In this document: positions 7,982 to 16,585 of the stretch, in pieces
Numbering within the stretch: position 1 is the first letter of the stretch
Layout: every line of letters begins with the position of its first letter
The notes under the pieces: generated by a model
Told to the model about the DNA's origin: nothing
Seen by the model: only the letters and a program-made list of their open reading frames with translations
Database searches by the model: none
Assembly: GCA_031411635.1 (NCBI GenBank)
Contig: JANOBL010000752.1
Span: forward strand, 1-35,244
Direction of reading: 5' to 3'
Length of the DNA stretch: 35,244 nucleotides
Source of the DNA: Betaproteobacteria bacterium
GTDB taxonomy: Bacteria > Pseudomonadota > Gammaproteobacteria > Burkholderiales > Burkholderiaceae_C
Position numbers and translations under genes: made by a program

Positions 7982-9235
7982 ATGAAAATCTTCAGCCCCT
8001 GGGTCTTGTCGGCGCTGGCTAACGCCACATTGGCCACATTGGCCACCACCAGCGCATCGGCCGCCACCTGGAACACGCTGGACGGCGCCGCGCCGCTGAT
8101 CATCGGCCACCGCGGTGCCTCGGGCTACCGGCCCGAGCACACCTTGGCCGGCTACGAGCTGGCGATCAGCCTGGGTGCCAACTACATCGAGCCCGACCTG
8201 GTGATGACCGAGGACGGCGTGCTGGTGGCGCGCCACGAGCCGTTGATCGGCGGCACCACCGACGTGGCACTGCATCCCGAGTTTGCCAGCCGCAAAACCA
8301 CCAAGGTGATCGATGGCCAGACCGTGGCCAACAACTGGTTTGTCGAAGACTTCACGCTGGCCGAGCTGAAAACCCTGCGTGCGATCCAGACCCGGGGCCG
8401 CGCCACCACCTACGACGGCCAGTTCCAGGTGCCCACCCTGGGCGAGGTGATCAGCCTGGCCCAGGCCAAGAGCGCCGAGCTGGGCCGGACCATCGGCATC
8501 TACCCCGAGCTGAAGCACTCCACCTACATGAAAGGCGTGGCGCAAAGCCAGGGCCGGTCGGCCACGTACTTTGAGGACACGCTGGTCGCCACCTTGCACG
8601 CGGCTTATGGCAACAGCGCGGCAGCGCCGGTGTTCATCCAGAGCTTCGAATCGGCCAACCTGCAATACCTGAACGGCCAGACCAACATCAAGCTGGTGCA
8701 GTTGGTGGATGCCGACGATGTCAACGCCGATGGCTCGATCTCGCTGGCGCCGCCTTATGACAAGCCGTACGACTTTGCGGTCAGCGGCGACCCGCGCACT
8801 TTTGCCGACCTGCTCACCGCCCAGGGCCTGGCCTTTGTCAAGACTTATGCCGATGCGATCGGCCCGTGGAAAACCTATTTGGTGAAAACCGTGGACGACG
8901 GCGTGGAGCGCAACGGCGTGGCCGGCCTGTCGATCAACGACCGGCGGGTGGACGGCACAACCGGCGTGATCGCAGCCGCCCACGCCGCCGGTTTGCTGGT
9001 GCACACCTGGACCTTCCGCAACGATGCCAGCCAATACGGCTTTGCCGGTGGCGATGCCGGCGCGGTGGACGAGATGGCTTATTACCTGCGGCTGGGCGTG
9101 GACGGTGTGTTCACCGACTTTGCCGACACCGGCGTGGCCGCACTGGCCGCTGCCGCCGTGCCCGAGCCACAAAGTTGGGCCTTGCTGCTGGGCGGCGTGG
9201 CGCTGCTGGGCGCGCTGCGCCGACGCAGCGCATGA
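7982..9235 (+). CDS. Glycerophosphodiester phosphodiesterase (GlpQ-like) with PEP-CTERM sorting tail
   Basis: GGAG RBS, signal peptide, IIGHRGASGYRPEHT, IEPDLV, YPELK, FIQSFE, VHTWTFRND and GVDGVFTDF. C-terminal VPEP + TM helix + RRR. Confidence 0.95.
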   Translation: MKIFSPWVLSALANATLATLATTSASAATWNTLDGAAPLIIGHRGASGYRPEHTLAGYELAISLGANYIEPDLVMTEDGVLVARHEPLIGGTTDVALHPEFASRKTTKVIDGQTVANNWFVEDFTLAELKTLRAIQTRGRATTYDGQFQVPTLGEVISLAQAKSAELGRTIGIYPELKHSTYMKGVAQSQGRSATYFEDTLVATLHAAYGNSAAAPVFIQSFESANLQYLNGQTNIKLVQLVDADDVNADGSISLAPPYDKPYDFAVSGDPRTFADLLTAQGLAFVKTYADAIGPWKTYLVKTVDDGVERNGVAGLSINDRRVDGTTGVIAAAHAAGLLVHTWTFRNDASQYGFAGGDAGAVDEMAYYLRLGVDGVFTDFADTGVAALAAAAVPEPQSWALLLGGVALLGALRRRSA

Positions 9236-9239
9236 GGTG

Positions 9240-9959
9240 ATGCCAGCCCCGATCCCGCCTGCGCTGCAATTTGCCGATCTGCGCTACCGCTGGCCAGGGG
9301 CCGCAGTGGACACGCTGCAGATCGAAGCGCTGCAATTGCAGCCGGGCGAAACCGTGTTTCTGCGCGGCCCCAGCGGCTGCGGCAAATCCACCTTGCTGGC
9401 GCTGGCCGCTGGGGTGTTGTTGCCGCAGGCCGGCCAGTCGGCGTTGCTGGGCCAGCCTTGGGCTACGTTGGGTGCCGGCGCGCGGGACCGGTATCGGGCC
9501 GATCACCTGGGCGTTATCTTTCAGCAGTTCAACCTGCTGCCCTACCTGTCGGTGATCGACAACGTGCGGCTGCCGCTGCGCTTTTCCAAACGCCGCGCCG
9601 CGCGGGCGGCAGCAGAGGGCAAAACCTCGGTTGAAACCTTGCTGGAGCGCAGCGGCCTGCCGCCCAGCCTGTGGCAGGCACCGGCGGCGGAGCTGTCAGT
9701 GGGCCAGCAGCAACGTGTCGCGGCGGCGCGGGCCCTGGTGGGCGCGCCCGAGGTGGTGATCGCCGACGAGCCCACGTCGGCGCTGGACGAAGACTTGCGC
9801 GAGGCCTTCATGGCACTGCTGCTGCAAAGCTGCACCGATGCCGGCAGCGCGCTGCTGTTTGTCAGCCACGACTTGCGGTTGGCGGCACGTTTTTCGCGGC
9901 TGATCGATCTGCCCGCAATCAACCAGGCCGCCGTGCGCAACCCGGCGCTGGCCCAATGA
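9240..9959 (+). CDS. ABC transporter ATP-binding protein (ZrgB/LolD-like)
   Basis: GPSGCGKST, IFQQFNL, LSVGQQQRV, ADEPTSALD and VSHD. Confidence 0.92.
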   Translation: MPAPIPPALQFADLRYRWPGAAVDTLQIEALQLQPGETVFLRGPSGCGKSTLLALAAGVLLPQAGQSALLGQPWATLGAGARDRYRADHLGVIFQQFNLLPYLSVIDNVRLPLRFSKRRAARAAAEGKTSVETLLERSGLPPSLWQAPAAELSVGQQQRVAAARALVGAPEVVIADEPTSALDEDLREAFMALLLQSCTDAGSALLFVSHDLRLAARFSRLIDLPAINQAAVRNPALAQ

Positions 9960-11218
9960 GCCCCCTGTTGGTGCTGGCCGCGCGCAGCGCCTGGAACCGG
10001 CGTTTTTCGCTCGGCCTGGTGGCGCTGGCTATCGCGCTTTCCACACTGCTGCTGCTGGGCATCGAGCGGCTGCGCCAGGATGTGCGGCACAACTTCTCGG
10101 CTGCCGTCTCGGGCACCGACCTGGTGGTGGGCGCGCGCACCGGGCCGGTGGAGCTGCTGCTGCTGGCGGTATTCCGCATCGGCAGCGCCAGCAACAACAT
10201 GCGCTACAGCAGCGTGCTGGCGCTGGCCCAGCACCGCGCAGTGGCCTGGGTGATCCCACTGTCATTGGGCGACAGCCACCGGGGTTTTGCGGTGCTGGGC
10301 ACCACCGCCGCGTACTTTGAGTTTTTCCGCCATGGTGAGCGGCAGCCGCTGGTGATGGCGCAGGGCCGGCGCTTCGAGGCCTTGTTCGACGCGGTGATCG
10401 GGTCGGACGTGGCGCGCACGCTGGACTACAAACTGGGCCAGCAAATCGTGCTCAGCCACGGTGACGGCGCCATGGCGCACAACGAGCATGATGACAAGCC
10501 GTTCACCGTGGTCGGCATCCTGGCGCCCACCGGCACCCCGGTGGACCGCACGCTGCACATCAGCCTGCAAGCGATGGAGGCGGTGCACATCGATTGGGCC
10601 GGGGGTGCGCACCTGCCAGGCCAGGCCATCAGCGCCGAGTCAGCCGCTGCCGCTGACCTGACACCGCGCAGCGTCACCGCCGCGCTGCTGGGCCTCAAAT
10701 CCCGCAGCGCGGTGTTTGCGGTGCAGCGTGACGTGGCAGCCTTCCGCGACGAGCCGCTGCTGGCCATCCTGCCCGGCGTGGCGCTGGATGCGCTGTGGGA
10801 CGTGGTGGCGCTGGGCGAGCGTGGCCTGCAGGCGATGAGCGCGCTGGTGGGCCTGGTCAGCCTGGCCGGCCTGGTGGCGGTGATAGCGGCCGGGCTGAAC
10901 GAGCGCCGGCGCGAGCTGGCCATCCTGCGCGCGGTGGGCGCGGCCCCAAGCCAGGTGCTGTTGCTGCTGGCGCTGGAGGGTGGCCTGGTCACCTTGCTGG
11001 GGGTGCTGCTGGGCGCGGCCGCGCTGTGGCTGGCGGTGGCGCTGGCCGCGCCGTGGGTGCAGGCGCAGTTCGGCATTGCGTTGCGCCTGCTGCCGCCGGG
11101 CAGCGCAGAATGCGCCTGGTTGGCCGCGCTGCTGGGCGGCGGCCTGCTGGCCAGCCTGCTGCCCGGCTGGCGCGCTTACCGTTTGTCACTGGCCGATGGC
11201 CTGACCCCCCGGATTTGA
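9956..11218 (+). CDS. ABC permease, MacB/FtsX type (ZrgC-like)
   Basis: ATGA overlap with the ATPase, SGTDLVVGAR, PLSLGDSHRGF, a His-rich periplasmic loop HGDGAMAHNEHDD, ERRRELAILRAVG, and a pattern of four TM segments. Confidence 0.9.
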   Translation: MSPLLVLAARSAWNRRFSLGLVALAIALSTLLLLGIERLRQDVRHNFSAAVSGTDLVVGARTGPVELLLLAVFRIGSASNNMRYSSVLALAQHRAVAWVIPLSLGDSHRGFAVLGTTAAYFEFFRHGERQPLVMAQGRRFEALFDAVIGSDVARTLDYKLGQQIVLSHGDGAMAHNEHDDKPFTVVGILAPTGTPVDRTLHISLQAMEAVHIDWAGGAHLPGQAISAESAAAADLTPRSVTAALLGLKSRSAVFAVQRDVAAFRDEPLLAILPGVALDALWDVVALGERGLQAMSALVGLVSLAGLVAVIAAGLNERRRELAILRAVGAAPSQVLLLLALEGGLVTLLGVLLGAAALWLAVALAAPWVQAQFGIALRLLPPGSAECAWLAALLGGGLLASLLPGWRAYRLSLADGLTPRI

Positions 11219-11221
11219 AAC

Positions 11222-11818
11222 ATGAAAACAAACCCTCTGTTGATGCATGCGCAGCGGCGGCGCTGGCTGCAACGCGCCGCCGCGCTGGGCCTGGCGGCTG
11301 CCGGCGCCGGCAGCGTCGCCCAACCGTTGCCCAAACCCGGCCCCGGCGGCTACACCGAGTTGCGCTGGGACGATCTGGTGCCCAAGGGCTGGGATCCGAT
11401 GAAGGGGCTGCGCGACAAGGGCGTCAGCAATGCCGCCCTGCTGATCGACGGTGACCCCAAAACCCAGGATTTGATGCGCCAGATGCGCCAGGCCTGGGAC
11501 AACGCACCCACCGAACCCACGCTGGACGGCGCCCGCATCAAGCTGCCGGGCTACCTGGTGCCGCTGGAAGAAGTGCCCGCCGGCCACACCGAGTTTTTGC
11601 TGGTGCCGTACTTTGGCGCCTGCATCCACACCCCGCCGCCGCCGGCCAACCAGATCGTGCTGGTGGTGCCCAACAAGCCGGTGCCGGGATTCTGCAGCAT
11701 GGACACGGTGTGGGTCAGCGGCACGCTGAAGGCCGCGCGGGTGGATTCACCGATGGGCAGCACCGGCTACCGGCTCGATGCCACGCTGGTCGAGCGTTAC
11801 AAGGCCACGCCGCGCTGA
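11222..11818 (+). CDS. DUF3299 domain protein (ZrgD/E-like)
   Basis: WDDLVP, KLPGYLVPLE and FLLVPYFGACIHTPPPPANQ. Tat-like RRRWL leader. Confidence 0.9.
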   Translation: MKTNPLLMHAQRRRWLQRAAALGLAAAGAGSVAQPLPKPGPGGYTELRWDDLVPKGWDPMKGLRDKGVSNAALLIDGDPKTQDLMRQMRQAWDNAPTEPTLDGARIKLPGYLVPLEEVPAGHTEFLLVPYFGACIHTPPPPANQIVLVVPNKPVPGFCSMDTVWVSGTLKAARVDSPMGSTGYRLDATLVERYKATPR

Positions 11819-12123
11819 GCCCGCGGCTTGTTGCCAAACCACAGCGCGGCCACCGGCCAATCGCTGGCCGGCAGCTCGGTCACCGCCAGGCCTTGGTGCA
11901 AATCCCAGCTTGAATCAAACCAGCCGCAGCCGGCCCGCTCCGCCAGGGCTGGTGTGAGCTTGTCTGCGGATGCGGGTGCTGCGGGTACCTCGGGTGATGC
12001 GTCCAAGGCCTCCAAGGCCGGTGCAAACCGGTGCCCCCAGCGCCAGGCCAGAAAGGCCGGCAGCAAAGAGATGTCCAGCGGGCGCGGCGCGCTGCGGCGC
12101 AGCAAGGTCAGAAGGGCCAGCAT
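11797..12123 (-). CDS. Small hypothetical protein
   Basis: GGAG RBS before the ATG at 12123. Contains CGWFDSSWDLHQGLAVTE, a motif I recall from small Burkholderiales hypothetical proteins. Short 3' overlap with the DUF3299 gene. Confidence 0.55.
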   Translation of the reverse strand: MLALLTLLRRSAPRPLDISLLPAFLAWRWGHRFAPALEALDASPEVPAAPASADKLTPALAERAGCGWFDSSWDLHQGLAVTELPASDWPVAALWFGNKPRAQRGVAL

Positions 12124-12165
12124 GCAGGTCTCCAAGGGCGGTGGGTGAGTCGGCGGGTGAAGGGG

Positions 12166-12203
12166 TGCGGGATGCGTTTGCGGGATGCGTTTGTGGAATG
12201 ATT
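12166..12203. repeat. 13-bp tandem repeat (two exact copies plus one degenerate)
   Basis: TGCGGGATGCGTT x2 followed by TGTGGAATGATT, in an intergenic leader. Confidence 0.7.
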
Positions 12204-12334
12204 GGCATCGTCGCCCCGCAGCACATCAACCGCCATCACCCGCAAGGTGGCCCGTGGGGGGGTGTCACCTGTCAACAATCACAGCCCCCCGATCGGGTGC
12301 CTCCCGCCCTGCAACCCCCTTCAGCGCAAGCTTT

Positions 12335-13432
12335 TCAGCGCAAAAGCTGCCGGCCAAAAAACGCGGTGACCTTGCGGTCCACCTCGGCCATCTGGCTGCG
12401 CTCAAAGCCCGGTGGGTCGTTCAGCATGTCGCCCAGCAAGCCGGTAAAACCCGGTGGCAGTGGCGACAACAGCGCGCCATGGCCAGCGGTGGGCAAATCG
12501 GCCAGCAGCTCGCAGGGTTTGCAGGCCGCCAGCACCCGGTCGCTGTGAAAGCGCGGGATCAGCCAGCGGTCTTGCTGCGCGGTCACCAGCGCCAGCGGCA
12601 CCCGGGGTTGCGCCAGCGATGCAAAGTCAAAGTCCGCCGCAAACGGCACGCTGGCCACCACCGCCGCCACCCGGGGATCGTCGTGCGTCAGGGGCGTGGC
12701 ATCGTCAAATTTGAGGCCGATCACCAACCGCGCCAACCACTTTTTCAGGCCGTCCAGCGGGCCGCCGGTCAAGCGCGTGAACAGGCCGACGCAGGACTGG
12801 AAATCCTCCACCAGGTGGGCATCGCAATGCTGTTTGAAGCCGGTGCGTGACCAGCGCCCACCGGCCAGCGACAGCGCGGTGTGGCCACCGGCGGACATGC
12901 CGTACACCCCCACTTTGTCCAGGCTGAGCAACGGCGCCAGGCGCGCATCGCGGCCCACCGCGTCGATTGCGCGCGACACCTCGGCTGGCCGCAAGGCCCA
13001 GCTATCCGGGCCGGGCCGGCTTTCGTCGCGGTAGTTGTCGGCCCGGTGCTCGGGCATCGCGACGACAAAACCGGCCTCCACCAGGCTGCGCGCCAGATCG
13101 GAATGCACCCAGGGTGCACCGCCCGAGCCATGCGACAACACCACCAGCCGGCCGTTGCCACGCTGCGGTGTGCCGCCCGGCGCCATCAGCAGCGTGAACG
13201 GGCCGCGCCGCAGCGTCTGCGCAGCATCGCTGGACGGGTAGTACAGCGTCACTGGCCCGTCCTCGGCGGTGGCGGCGATCTCGGCCAAGCCTACCGACGC
13301 TTGTGCCGCCAGGCCACCCGCCAAACCCAACACCAACAACGCCGCCCGGCTGCAAGCCAGCAGCGCCTTGATCCTTGACGTTTGAACCCTTGACGCTTTA
13401 ACCCTTGACGCGTTAACCCTTGAATTCGCCAT
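12335..13432 (-). CDS. Secreted alpha/beta hydrolase (dienelactone hydrolase/PAF-AH-like)
   Basis: GAGGAG RBS 8 nt upstream of the ATG at 13432, signal peptide, LSHGSGG, GMSAGG nucleophile motif, and QQD / AGH catalytic residues. Confidence 0.88.
   Translation of the reverse strand: MANSRVNASRVKASRVQTSRIKALLACSRAALLVLGLAGGLAAQASVGLAEIAATAEDGPVTLYYPSSDAAQTLRRGPFTLLMAPGGTPQRGNGRLVVLSHGSGGAPWVHSDLARSLVEAGFVVAMPEHRADNYRDESRPGPDSWALRPAEVSRAIDAVGRDARLAPLLSLDKVGVYGMSAGGHTALSLAGGRWSRTGFKQHCDAHLVEDFQSCVGLFTRLTGGPLDGLKKWLARLVIGLKFDDATPLTHDDPRVAAVVASVPFAADFDFASLAQPRVPLALVTAQQDRWLIPRFHSDRVLAACKPCELLADLPTAGHGALLSPLPPGFTGLLGDMLNDPPGFERSQMAEVDRKVTAFFGRQLLR
13368..13427. repeat. 15-bp tandem repeat x4, AT-richer than background
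   Basis: TTGATCCTTGACGTT/TGAACCCTTGACGCT/TTAACCCTTGACGCG/TTAACCCTTGAATTC, encoding SRVNA-SRVKA-SRVQT-SRIKA on the minus strand. Confidence 0.85.
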
Positions 13433-13600
13433 TTGATTCACTCCTCATCGGCGGCCCCATGCCCCCGGTGAACCGCACGATGCCGATCCGCCAGCACGCT
13501 GTCTCGCCGAAGCCCGCGCGCTGCAATTGCGGCTGGCCGATTCCTGGAATCGGCCAGGTTTTGCTGCCGCCACGGGAGGCCGGCTATGCTCGGCGCCACG

Positions 13601-13954
13601 ATGCGCTCGCGTGCTGTTGCCCTTGGCCTGGCCCTGCTGCTGCTGTGCACCCAGCAGTTTGGGGTGCTGCACGGGCTGTCGCATGTGCGCGGCGCGGCGG
13701 CGCTGGCTTTATCCGCCACGCCCGGTACGCCGGCCGAGCCGGCACCGGCCTCGGGCGAGCCTGCCGACGGGCTGTGCCAGGTTTGCCTGCTGCTGGCCAG
13801 CATCGGCTTTGCCGCTGCGCCGGCGCTGCTGGCCTGGCGCGCACTTCGGCCGGCGCACGCCGCGCCGGCCATGGCAACCGGGCCCAGCCAGCCCCGGCAG
13901 CCCGGCGCACCGTACTGCGCCCGCGCACCACCACTGCTGCTTGCGATGACCTGA
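13601..13954 (+). CDS. DUF2946-like small metal-binding membrane protein
   Basis: N-terminal TM helix with HGLSH, CxxC (CQVC) and a C-terminal ARAPP motif. It lies directly upstream of a TonB-dependent receptor, the usual context for this family. Confidence 0.75.
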   Translation: MRSRAVALGLALLLLCTQQFGVLHGLSHVRGAAALALSATPGTPAEPAPASGEPADGLCQVCLLLASIGFAAAPALLAWRALRPAHAAPAMATGPSQPRQPGAPYCARAPPLLLAMT

Positions 13955-14031
13955 TCGCGCACCCGTTTGCCCGTGCCTCAGCGGCCGGGCAGCGGCGTGC
14001 TGATTCATCTTTTGCAAGCAAAGCGTTGGCC

Positions 14032-16128
14032 ATGCATCCAATTTCCATTCGATTTCCCCCGCGTTTTTCCCGCCGCTTGCGGCTCACGCCGCTGGCCGCC
14101 GCCTGCCTGGTGGTCAGCAGCAGCGCGGTTTTCGCCCAAACCACCGCGCCACCGCCCACGCCGCCGGCAAACCGGGTGGTGATCACCGGCAACCCCCTCG
14201 GCAGCGAGACACTGGCCCAGCCCAGCGCGGTGCTGACCGGCGATGCACTGGCGTTGCGCCGCGCCGGCACCCTGGGCGATACGCTGGACGGCCTGGCCGG
14301 CGTATCCGCCACCGGCTTTGGCCCGCAGGCCAGCAGGCCGGTGATCCGTGGGCTGGACGGCGACCGCATCCGTCTGCTGGACAACGGCGGCGCGTCGGCC
14401 GACGCATCCAACCTGAGCTTTGACCACGCCGTGGCGGTGGACCCGCTGGTGGTAGAGCGCATCGAGGTGCTGCGTGGCCCGGCCGCGCTGCTGTACGGCG
14501 GCAATGCCACCGGCGGCGTGGTCAATACGCTGGACAACCGCATCCCACGCGATGCGCTGTCCGGCCTGGGCGGCCGGGCCGAGCTGCGGCTGGGCGGCGC
14601 GGCGCGCGACCGCACCACGTCGGCCTTGCTGGAAGGCGGTGGCAACGGCCTGAACTGGCATGTGGATGCCGCGCAGCGCCGCAGCGGCGATCTGCAAACC
14701 CCCAGCTTCATCCCGCGCAAAGACGGTGTGGACCAGCCGCGCACCGACCACGTGGCCAACAGCGGCGGCGAAGCCCAAGCCGCCGCGCTGGGCGCGTCCT
14801 GGGCCGATGCGCGCGGTTTTGTCGGCCTGGCGATCGACGATTACCGCAACAACTACGGCGTCACGGTCGAGCCCGATCTGACGATCCGCATGCAGCGCCA
14901 GCGCTTGCAGCTTGCCGGTGAGCGGCGTGGCCTGGCCGGCCCGCTGGCCGAAATCAGCGTTCAAGCCAGCCACACCCGCTACCAGCACCAGGAGCTGGAA
15001 GGCAGCGGCGCGGTGGGCACCACCTTCAGCAGCCAGGGCAACGAGCTGCGGCTGCAGGCCAGGCAGGCCCCAGTCGCGCTGCTGGGCGGCTCCTTGGCCG
15101 GGGTGCTGGGGCTGCAGATCGAGCAACTGGACTTTGCCGCACTGGGCGAGGAGGCTTTTGTGCCCACCACCCACACCCGGTCCAGCGGCTTGTTCACGCT
15201 GCAGGAGTTGAGCCTGGCAGGGCTCGGCATTTCGGCCGGCGCGCGCGTGGAGCGGGTGCAGGTGAGGTCAGCCGGCGATGCGGCCGGCGCAACACCGCAC
15301 TTTGGCGCCCCGGCACGGCGCGATTTTTCGCCGCACAGCCTGGCGCTGGGCGTGGTGGCGCCATTGGGGGCATCGGGATCGGGCTGGCGTGCCAGCGCCA
15401 CCGTGGGCAGCACCCAGCGTGCCCCGGCTTATTACGAGCTGTTTGCCGATGGCCTGCACGTGGCCACCGGCGCCTACGAGCGTGGCCGGCCCGACCAGCA
15501 GGCCGAGCGCAGCCGCCACGTCGAGCTGGGCCTGCAGTGGCAGCAAGGCCCCAGCAGCGCCCGCGCGGCGCTGTTTTCCACCCGCTTTGCCAACTACATC
15601 GCGCTGGACGCCAGCGGTGTGCTGATCCCGGTGGGCGACGGCGCCGGTGGCACGGTGAATATGCCCGAGTACCGCTTCACCGGCGTGCCAGCCGATCTGC
15701 ACGGGCTGGAGCTGGAAGGCCGGCAACGGCTGTTCAGCATGCCTTGGTTACTCGACGCCACTGGCAGCTTTGACTGGCTGCGTGGCAGCAACCGCAGCAC
15801 CGGTGAGCCGCTGCCACGCATCGCGCCGATGCGGCTGCAGCTTGGCCTGGAGGCCACGGCCGGCGCCTGGCGCGCCGGTGTGCAGGGCAAATGGCTGGCA
15901 CGGCAAGACCGGGTGCCGACCAACGACATCGCCACCCCCGGCGCCACCGTGCTTGATCTGTGGGCAAGCTGGCAGCAGCGCCTGGGCAACAGCGATGCGC
16001 TGTGGACCGTCAAGCTGGCCAACCTGGGTGATGCGCTGGCCTACAACGCCAGTGCGCTGCGCACCGCGCGTGAGCTGTCACCGGCCGGTGGCCGGGCGTT
16101 GTCGCTGGGTTTGCGTTTGCGGTTTTGA
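14032..16128 (+). CDS. TonB-dependent receptor, ZnuD-like (zinc/metal uptake)
   Basis: Signal peptide, VVITGNPLG TonB box, ASRPVIRGLDGDRI, DASNLSFDHAV, IEVLRGPAALLYG, ELFADGLHVAT and a terminal Phe. Confidence 0.93.
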   Translation: MHPISIRFPPRFSRRLRLTPLAAACLVVSSSAVFAQTTAPPPTPPANRVVITGNPLGSETLAQPSAVLTGDALALRRAGTLGDTLDGLAGVSATGFGPQASRPVIRGLDGDRIRLLDNGGASADASNLSFDHAVAVDPLVVERIEVLRGPAALLYGGNATGGVVNTLDNRIPRDALSGLGGRAELRLGGAARDRTTSALLEGGGNGLNWHVDAAQRRSGDLQTPSFIPRKDGVDQPRTDHVANSGGEAQAAALGASWADARGFVGLAIDDYRNNYGVTVEPDLTIRMQRQRLQLAGERRGLAGPLAEISVQASHTRYQHQELEGSGAVGTTFSSQGNELRLQARQAPVALLGGSLAGVLGLQIEQLDFAALGEEAFVPTTHTRSSGLFTLQELSLAGLGISAGARVERVQVRSAGDAAGATPHFGAPARRDFSPHSLALGVVAPLGASGSGWRASATVGSTQRAPAYYELFADGLHVATGAYERGRPDQQAERSRHVELGLQWQQGPSSARAALFSTRFANYIALDASGVLIPVGDGAGGTVNMPEYRFTGVPADLHGLELEGRQRLFSMPWLLDATGSFDWLRGSNRSTGEPLPRIAPMRLQLGLEATAGAWRAGVQGKWLARQDRVPTNDIATPGATVLDLWASWQQRLGNSDALWTVKLANLGDALAYNASALRTARELSPAGGRALSLGLRLRF

Positions 16129-16148
16129 GGCGGGCAGCCCCGCCTGCG

Positions 16149-16189
16149 GCCTTGAACTGGTCGGCTGCGCCGGGCCAGTTCAAGGCTTT
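16149..16189 (+). terminator. Hairpin after the TonB-dependent receptor
   Basis: GCCTTGAACTGG...CCAGTTCAAGGC is a perfect 12-bp stem followed by TTT. Confidence 0.6.
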
Positions 16190-16223
16190 GCCGTGCCGCA
16201 TCGGCGTTACGCTTTGCGACACC

Positions 16224-16493
16224 ATGATCCTGCGCCGCCCACCCCTCGCGCCCACCACCGATCACCCAGGCCCTGGCGACGAGTGGCCGGCCACCCGCCC
16301 CAGCCCCTTTCCGGGGCCATTTCCGGGGCCGTTCCCCAGTCCTTCTTCAGGTCCATTCAGCGGTCACGCCACACCGCCGTTTGCCCGCCGCCTGCAGCCG
16401 CCGCTGAAAGAAGTGCTCAAGGGCCTGGACGCCAGGGAGCTGGAGGGTGAAACGGTGTTTGACCAGTTGTTTGGGCCCAAGCCCAAAGCCTGA
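16224..16493 (+). CDS. Small Pro-rich hypothetical protein
   Basis: Fills the intergenic gap. Ordered-looking C-terminus LKGLDARELEGETVFDQLFG, with a degenerate 12-bp repeat (PFPG-like x5) at 16305-16364. Confidence 0.5.
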   Translation: MILRRPPLAPTTDHPGPGDEWPATRPSPFPGPFPGPFPSPSSGPFSGHATPPFARRLQPPLKEVLKGLDARELEGETVFDQLFGPKPKA

Positions 16494-16497
16494 TCAA

Positions 16498-16581
16498 GCC
16501 CCAAGCCAACGCCGGGCCGCCCCAAGTTGGCTTGGATCCCCCTCGGGGGGGCGGTCGCCGCGAAGCGGCGGCCTTGGGGGC
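16498..16581. repeat. Multi-hairpin REP-like intergenic element between convergent genes
   Basis: Three stems: CCAAGCCAAC/GTTGGCTTGG (16501-16535), CCCCC-TC-GGGGG and GGTCGCCGC-GAA-GCGGCGGCC. The core GCCGGGCCGCCCCAAG...CCCCCTCGGGGGG...TGGGGGC resembles a dispersed Burkholderiales repeat. Confidence 0.7.
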
Positions 16582-16585
16582 CAAT

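Noticed and set aside
13440-14031. Zur/Fur box upstream of the metal-uptake genes
   Set aside because: I found no convincing AT-rich palindrome by eye. A PWM scan is needed.
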